DNA of 64,000 nt, from positions 52,630-116,629 of the forward strand of contig CAYQNJ010000001.1 of the NCBI GenBank assembly GCA_964418835.1, read 5' to 3'. Positions 59,830 to 64,000 of this stretch are shown piece by piece. The notes under the pieces are model-generated. The model was not told the origin of the DNA. It worked only from the letters and a program-made list of their open reading frames with translations, and did not search any database. Numbering within the stretch: position 1 is the stretch's first letter; the number at the start of each line of letters is the position of its first letter. Position numbers and translations under genes: made by a program. Source of the DNA: an uncultured Erysipelotrichaceae bacterium (lineage in GTDB: Bacteria; Bacillota_I; Bacilli_A; Erysipelotrichales; Erysipelotrichaceae).

Positions 59830-60196
59830 AAAAGGTTTTATATCTTCATATTTTTTATATAATCTTATTGTTATATCCATATTTATTGCCACTTTATTAC
59901 TTTCAATACAATTAAAAACTAAAAGCTTATATAATTTAAATATTTCAAATGATTATTTATTACAAGAAATAATTGTAATAAATGATATTAAATGTAAATT
60001 ATTAAATAATGAAATTTTAGAAGGTGTATACAGTATAGAAGATTTATCATATGAAATAACGCAACATGAAGAAACTCTATATGTTAATATAAATAGTAAT
60101 CTAAATGAAAGTTTAATTATTTATTTAATGAAAAAAGAAGATAATTATGAAATAAAGGATTATTACTCAAGTGCATACAATAGTCTAGGTCTATAA
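59822..60196 (+). CDS. comGG: Minor pseudopilin ComGG
   Basis: KKG|FISSYFLYNLIVISIFIATLL; last gene of the operon. Confidence 0.55.
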   Translation: MCKKGFISSYFLYNLIVISIFIATLLLSIQLKTKSLYNLNISNDYLLQEIIVINDIKCKLLNNEILEGVYSIEDLSYEITQHEETLYVNINSNLNESLIIYLMKKEDNYEIKDYYSSAYNSLGL

Positions 60197-60250
60197 GCGT
60201 TGACAAATCTATCTATTTCTTTAAAATAATATAGGTAGAGGAGTGATTTT

Positions 60251-60811
60251 ATGATAATAGTAAATGATTTAAAACCAGGCGTAACATTTGAAAATGATGG
60301 TAATATATTTCAAGTCTTAGATGTATCTCATAATAAAACAGCTATGAGACAAATGATAGTAAAAGTAAAAGTAAAAAATCTTCGTTCAGGAGTCATTAAT
60401 GAACTATCATTTACAGGTGGAGATAAGGTAGAACCAGCACATATCGATAAAAGAGAAATGCAATATTTATATGATGATGGTGAATCTTTAGTATTTATGG
60501 ATAATACAACATTTGATCAAATTGAAATTTCAAAAGCAAATTTACAGTGGGAATTACAATTTCTTAAACCAAATGATAACGTTATTATTACAATGTATGA
60601 TGGAAATGAAATTTTAGGCTTAATTTTACCTGATAAAGTAACACTTCAAGTTGTTGAATGCGAAGTGGCTGTAAAAGGAGATACAGCAACATCTGCAATG
60701 AAAAATGCTAAGTTAGAAACAGGATTAGAAATTAAAGTTCCATTATTTATAGATAATGATGAAATGATAATAGTTTCAACTTCAGATGGTAAATACTCAA
60801 GTAGAGCATAA
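60251..60811 (+). CDS. efp: Elongation factor P
   Basis: MIIVNDLKPGVTFENDGNIFQVLDVSH... canonical EF-P; promoter TTGACA-17-AAAATA upstream. Confidence 0.95.
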   Translation: MIIVNDLKPGVTFENDGNIFQVLDVSHNKTAMRQMIVKVKVKNLRSGVINELSFTGGDKVEPAHIDKREMQYLYDDGESLVFMDNTTFDQIEISKANLQWELQFLKPNDNVIITMYDGNEILGLILPDKVTLQVVECEVAVKGDTATSAMKNAKLETGLEIKVPLFIDNDEMIIVSTSDGKYSSRA

Positions 60812-60840
60812 TTAGGATGTGATTACACATCCTTTATTAG
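60812..60840 (+). terminator. Possible terminator after efp
   Basis: aggatgtg-atta-cacatcct hairpin followed by a T-rich stretch. Confidence 0.4.
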
Positions 60841-60864
60841 ATATAAGAATGGGAGGTTATCGTA

Positions 60865-61782
60865 ATGGCTGAAAATGATATAAAAGACACTACAAAAACA
60901 AAAGCAATAAGAAAACCAAGAACAAAAAAGACAAGTATAGCTAACGATAATTCTACTAAAACAAAAACTACAAAACCAAAGGTTGCTACAAAATCTAAAA
61001 GTACTGTAGAAAAGAAACCAACAAAACCAAAAGTTGTAAAAAAAGAATTAAAAGTTGAAGATAAGGTATTTAAATTTGAAACTTATTCAAAGCAAAATAT
61101 AAATTCAACAGAAACAAAAAAAGAAGAAGTTATAAAAGATCCAAACATTAACAAATCATTAAATATTGTAAAAAGTGAAAAAGTAATAATAAAAGATAAA
61201 AAAACAGTTAAACTTTCATCTATCTATGAACAAATGTATAATGCATTTATTAATAAAAGTTATAATAAGGGATTGTTTTTTATAATTTTAAAAAACATTT
61301 TGTTATCAATATTAATTTCTAATTTCTTTTATACTAAATTAAATATTAATTCTTTTAGTTTTTATAGAATGACTTTTACTGATGCTTCAATATTTTCTTT
61401 AAAATTATTTATTACTTTAATTAGTACAGAAATTATCTATCTTTTAATTGTATATTTATTAAATAAACACTATGGTAGTAATTTAAACTATAAAAGAATA
61501 GTATCAACATTTGGAAGTGGTTTAATGTATGTTAGTCTGTTTGTATTATTAAGTATTATATTTATAAATGAAGTAAGCTTATTAGGTTTATTTTTATTAC
61601 TTGTTTCACTTTGTTTATATTTAATTGTTTTAATTACAACAGTTAATATTGTAAGTATAGATAATAATCATAACAAATTAAATATTACACTTATTTCATT
61701 AATAGGGATGGTATTAGTTTTAATGATATTTTTTCCTTTAGTAAGTTCACAGTTTTCAAGAATTATAGAAGTTATGATATAA
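60865..61782 (+). CDS. Membrane protein with Lys/Thr/Pro-rich (histone-H1-like) cytoplasmic N-terminus and ~5 C-terminal TM helices
   Basis: KTKAIRKPRTKKTS...TKPKVATKSKSTVEKKPTKPKVVKK repeats; hydrophobic C-terminal half. Confidence 0.55.
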   Translation: MAENDIKDTTKTKAIRKPRTKKTSIANDNSTKTKTTKPKVATKSKSTVEKKPTKPKVVKKELKVEDKVFKFETYSKQNINSTETKKEEVIKDPNINKSLNIVKSEKVIIKDKKTVKLSSIYEQMYNAFINKSYNKGLFFIILKNILLSILISNFFYTKLNINSFSFYRMTFTDASIFSLKLFITLISTEIIYLLIVYLLNKHYGSNLNYKRIVSTFGSGLMYVSLFVLLSIIFINEVSLLGLFLLLVSLCLYLIVLITTVNIVSIDNNHNKLNITLISLIGMVLVLMIFFPLVSSQFSRIIEVMI

Positions 61783-61814
61783 GTTATTTTCAATAAAGAA
61801 AATTAGTGATATAC

Positions 61815-61985
61815 TATTTTAGAACACTTCAGGACAGGGTGAAATTCCCTACCGGCGGTATACCCCGCGAACCTATTTTGGTTGAACTGGTTAGATTCCA
61901 GTGGCGACAGTAAAGTCTGGATGAAAGAAGAGATTCTTTTTTGTATATGTTCTGGAAGGTTTGTTTATAAACCTTTTTTAATTGA
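61815..61985 (+). promoter_or_regulatory. FMN riboswitch (RFN element) with terminator
   Basis: AGGACAGGGUGAAAUUCCCUACCGGCGGUA...CCCGCGA...GGUUAGAUUCCAGUGGCGACAGUAAAGUCUGGAUGAAAGAAG matches RFN conserved blocks; terminator aaggtttg...taaacctt + T6 at ~61957-61985. Confidence 0.85.
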
Positions 61986-62011
61986 AAAGGTTATTCATAA
62001 GGAGGATATAT

Positions 62012-62611
62012 ATGAATACAAACAGATTCTTCACTACAAAAAATATTGCTAAAATTGCAATATTGTCAACAATTGCATTTGTTCTAATGATTTTTGCATT
62101 TCCATTACCATTTATTCCAAAATTTTATAGTTTAGATTTTAGTGAAGTTGCGGTATTGGTTGGTGGTTTTTCTTTAGGACCATTAGCTGCAGTTACTATT
62201 GAAGGAGTAAAAATTATATTAAAAACTCTAACAGAAGGATCATCAACAGCTTATGTTGGAGAGGTTGCTAATTTTATTATTGGTTGTGCATTTTGTGTGC
62301 CTGCTAGTTTTATTTATCAAAAGAATAAAACAAAAACTGCTGCAATAAAAGCATTAACAATAGGTGGCATTACTATGGTTTTTGTTGGTCTTTTAATGAA
62401 TTATTTTATACTTTTACCAGCATATTCTTTTTTCTATAAAATGGATATGTCTGTATTAATAGGTATGGGATCAGTTATATTCCCATTTATACAAGATAAA
62501 TTAACATTTGTTTTATTTGCGACAACACCATTTAATATTATAAAAGCAATATTAGTAGGCATATTAACATTTGCTATATATAAACATATATCTCCATTAC
62601 TAAAAAAATAA
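62012..62611 (+). CDS. ribU: Riboflavin ECF-transporter S component RibU
   Basis: RBS AAGGAGG; 6-TM protein starting MNTNRFFTTKNIAKIAILSTIAF...; directly downstream of the FMN riboswitch. Confidence 0.85.
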   Translation: MNTNRFFTTKNIAKIAILSTIAFVLMIFAFPLPFIPKFYSLDFSEVAVLVGGFSLGPLAAVTIEGVKIILKTLTEGSSTAYVGEVANFIIGCAFCVPASFIYQKNKTKTAAIKALTIGGITMVFVGLLMNYFILLPAYSFFYKMDMSVLIGMGSVIFPFIQDKLTFVLFATTPFNIIKAILVGILTFAIYKHISPLLKK

Positions 62612-62679
62612 CTATTTGACTAAATAGATATTTTTCATATTATTGAATATGATATAATTACTTAAATGGAGGCTTTAAT

Positions 62680-63489
62680 ATGAGTAAATTTTCTAGAGTC
62701 GCAAGGTATGAAGACTTGCGAAATAGACTTCATAACGATGTCGATAATGAAATAAAAAGCAATGATCTTTCTGATTTTGCTAATAAACTAAATAAAATAG
62801 ATTCTAATTCTTTTAAACCAATGGAATCTAATGTACAGATGGATCATGACCCAATTCATGAAAAAAGAAAGGAATATTTAAATAATACTACTAGTATTCA
62901 AAAACCAAAGATTCCTACATCTGCACAAACTAATGCTTTTGATAATGAATATTTAGATGAATATATTTCAGAAGTAAAACAGTATAATAGAGACCAAGGG
63001 TTATTAGTTTCTGATGATACTGGAAAAAATATACTAAATGAAATATATGGTGATAAAGTACCGGTAATAAATAAACCATATCAAAATAAAATGGAAAATA
63101 CTGTTCCAGATATTCCTTTTCAAACTCCATATGTAAATCCTTATAGTGATTTTTCTGATGAAGACTTAGAGAAAACTAGAAGTGATATCGCTTTAGAAGT
63201 TCAAAATTTAATTAATAGTAATACATTATATGATCCAGTACAAGAAACAAGTACTCCAGTTCAAAATGATAATGATTTTGATAAATCTCAAAGAGATAAA
63301 TTAATTGAAGAAACAGACAAAATGAGACTTCAATTAGATGAATATGAAGATAATCTAGATGATGTAGAAGATAAAATTCAAAGTACAAATAGAATATTGA
63401 ATTTTATTCTTGTTTTACTAATATTTGCATTGATAGTTGTATTAGGATTTGTAGTTTATTGGATATTATTAAATAAAGGTATTATTTAA
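62680..63489 (+). CDS. Bitopic membrane protein: ~240-aa cytoplasmic domain, single C-terminal TM, 5-residue external tail
   Basis: MSKFSRVARYEDLRNRL...; acidic coiled-coil segment DKLIEETDKMRLQLDEYEDNLDDVEDKI; TM ILNFILVLLIFALIVVLGFVVYWILL; stop overlaps the cmk start (TAATG). Confidence 0.55.
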   Translation: MSKFSRVARYEDLRNRLHNDVDNEIKSNDLSDFANKLNKIDSNSFKPMESNVQMDHDPIHEKRKEYLNNTTSIQKPKIPTSAQTNAFDNEYLDEYISEVKQYNRDQGLLVSDDTGKNILNEIYGDKVPVINKPYQNKMENTVPDIPFQTPYVNPYSDFSDEDLEKTRSDIALEVQNLINSNTLYDPVQETSTPVQNDNDFDKSQRDKLIEETDKMRLQLDEYEDNLDDVEDKIQSTNRILNFILVLLIFALIVVLGFVVYWILLNKGII

Positions 63490-64000
63490 TGAAAATTAAT
63501 ATTGCAATAGATGGACCTAGTGGTGCAGGCAAAAGTAGTGTAGCAGATATTCTTGCAAAAAAACTTAACTATATTCATTTAGATACTGGTGCCATGTATA
63601 GAGGTGTTGCTTATAAAGCAATGAATAATAATATTGCTTTAGATGATGAAAAAAGATTAATTGATATGTTAGAGAAAACATCAATTGTTTTAAATAGTGA
63701 CAATGATGTTTTTATTGATGATTTAAAAGTAACAGAGTTTATTAGAACAAATGAAATGTCTATGGCAGCAAGTAATGTATCAAAATTACCTAAAATAAGA
63801 GAAAAACTTGTTGAAATGCAGCAAAACATTGCTAAATCAAAAGGATATATTCTAGATGGTAGAGACATTGGTACAGTAGTATTAAAAGATGCTGAAGTTA
63901 AAATTTATTTAAATGCTAGTCCCTTAATAAGAGCTCAAAGAAGACAAAAACAAAATAAAGAAAAAGGTATTTATAATGATTTAGATACACTAGTAAAAGA
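63489..64000 (+). CDS. cmk: Cytidylate kinase (3' end outside the window)
   Basis: MKINIAIDGPSGAGKSSVADILAKKLNYIHLDTGAMYR canonical Cmk P-loop. Confidence 0.9.
   Translation, partial: MKINIAIDGPSGAGKSSVADILAKKLNYIHLDTGAMYRGVAYKAMNNNIALDDEKRLIDMLEKTSIVLNSDNDVFIDDLKVTEFIRTNEMSMAASNVSKLPKIREKLVEMQQNIAKSKGYILDGRDIGTVVLKDAEVKIYLNASPLIRAQRRQKQNKEKGIYNDLDTLVK

Noticed and set aside
62930-63130. 66-aa minus-strand ORF inside the bitopic protein gene
   Set aside because: Antisense; His/Tyr/Leu-rich nonsense-like product
63611-63868. 85-aa minus-strand ORF inside cmk
   Set aside because: Antisense to conserved cmk
1-64000. Searched for CRISPR arrays, tRNA/rRNA genes, IS elements, integrases, phage genes
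   Set aside because: No regularly spaced direct repeats, no tRNA-like GTTCGAATC / TPsiC signatures, no transposase/integrase-like ORFs were seen; the region appears to be chromosomal backbone with lineage-specific insertions rather than a mobile island

Overview
This window looks like a low-GC (~28%) Firmicutes-type chromosomal segment using the standard genetic code, dense on both strands. No rRNA, tRNA, CRISPR array or mobile element was seen. Roughly 70 protein genes are supported. Much of the backbone matches Bacillus-like synteny: polC; rplU-prp-rpmA-obg-ruvAB; rpsD/ezrA/cysteine desulfurase/thiI; leuS; scpAB; a guanine-riboswitch-led purC-purF-purB; murC-ytxG-ytxH-ccpA-tyrS; ispH-cshB-nfo-ispG-rpmG; a complete comGA-GG operon; efp; an FMN riboswitch ahead of ribU; cmk. 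Cis-regulatory RNAs recognisable by eye: three T-box leaders (amino-acid ABC transporter, leuS, and tyrS with a clear UAC specifier), the L21 leader, an rpsD leader, a purine riboswitch and an FMN riboswitch, plus several intrinsic terminators. The most interesting accessory region is 11.3-18.4 kb. It holds a polytopic membrane protein with a degenerate kinase-like ATPase domain, then a polytopic HisKA_3 histidine kinase, a convergent overlapping NarL-type response regulator, and divergently from that regulator an operon of an SPFH (Band_7_1) protein with a duplicated C-terminal zinc ribbon, a four-CxxC zinc-ribbon membrane protein and an acidic lipoprotein. This is a LiaFSR/DesKR-like sensing unit next to a YdjI/YdjG-like membrane-stress module that has no PspA. 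A second SPFH protein is translationally coupled to an Arc-like ribbon-helix-helix protein at 31.5-32.7 kb. Other oddities are an acidic repeat-motif protein overlapping the murC start, a histone-H1-like K/T/P-rich tail fused to a polytopic membrane domain after efp, and a pur operon that has only three genes. All calls are from reading the sequence and the supplied translations; no database search was possible.
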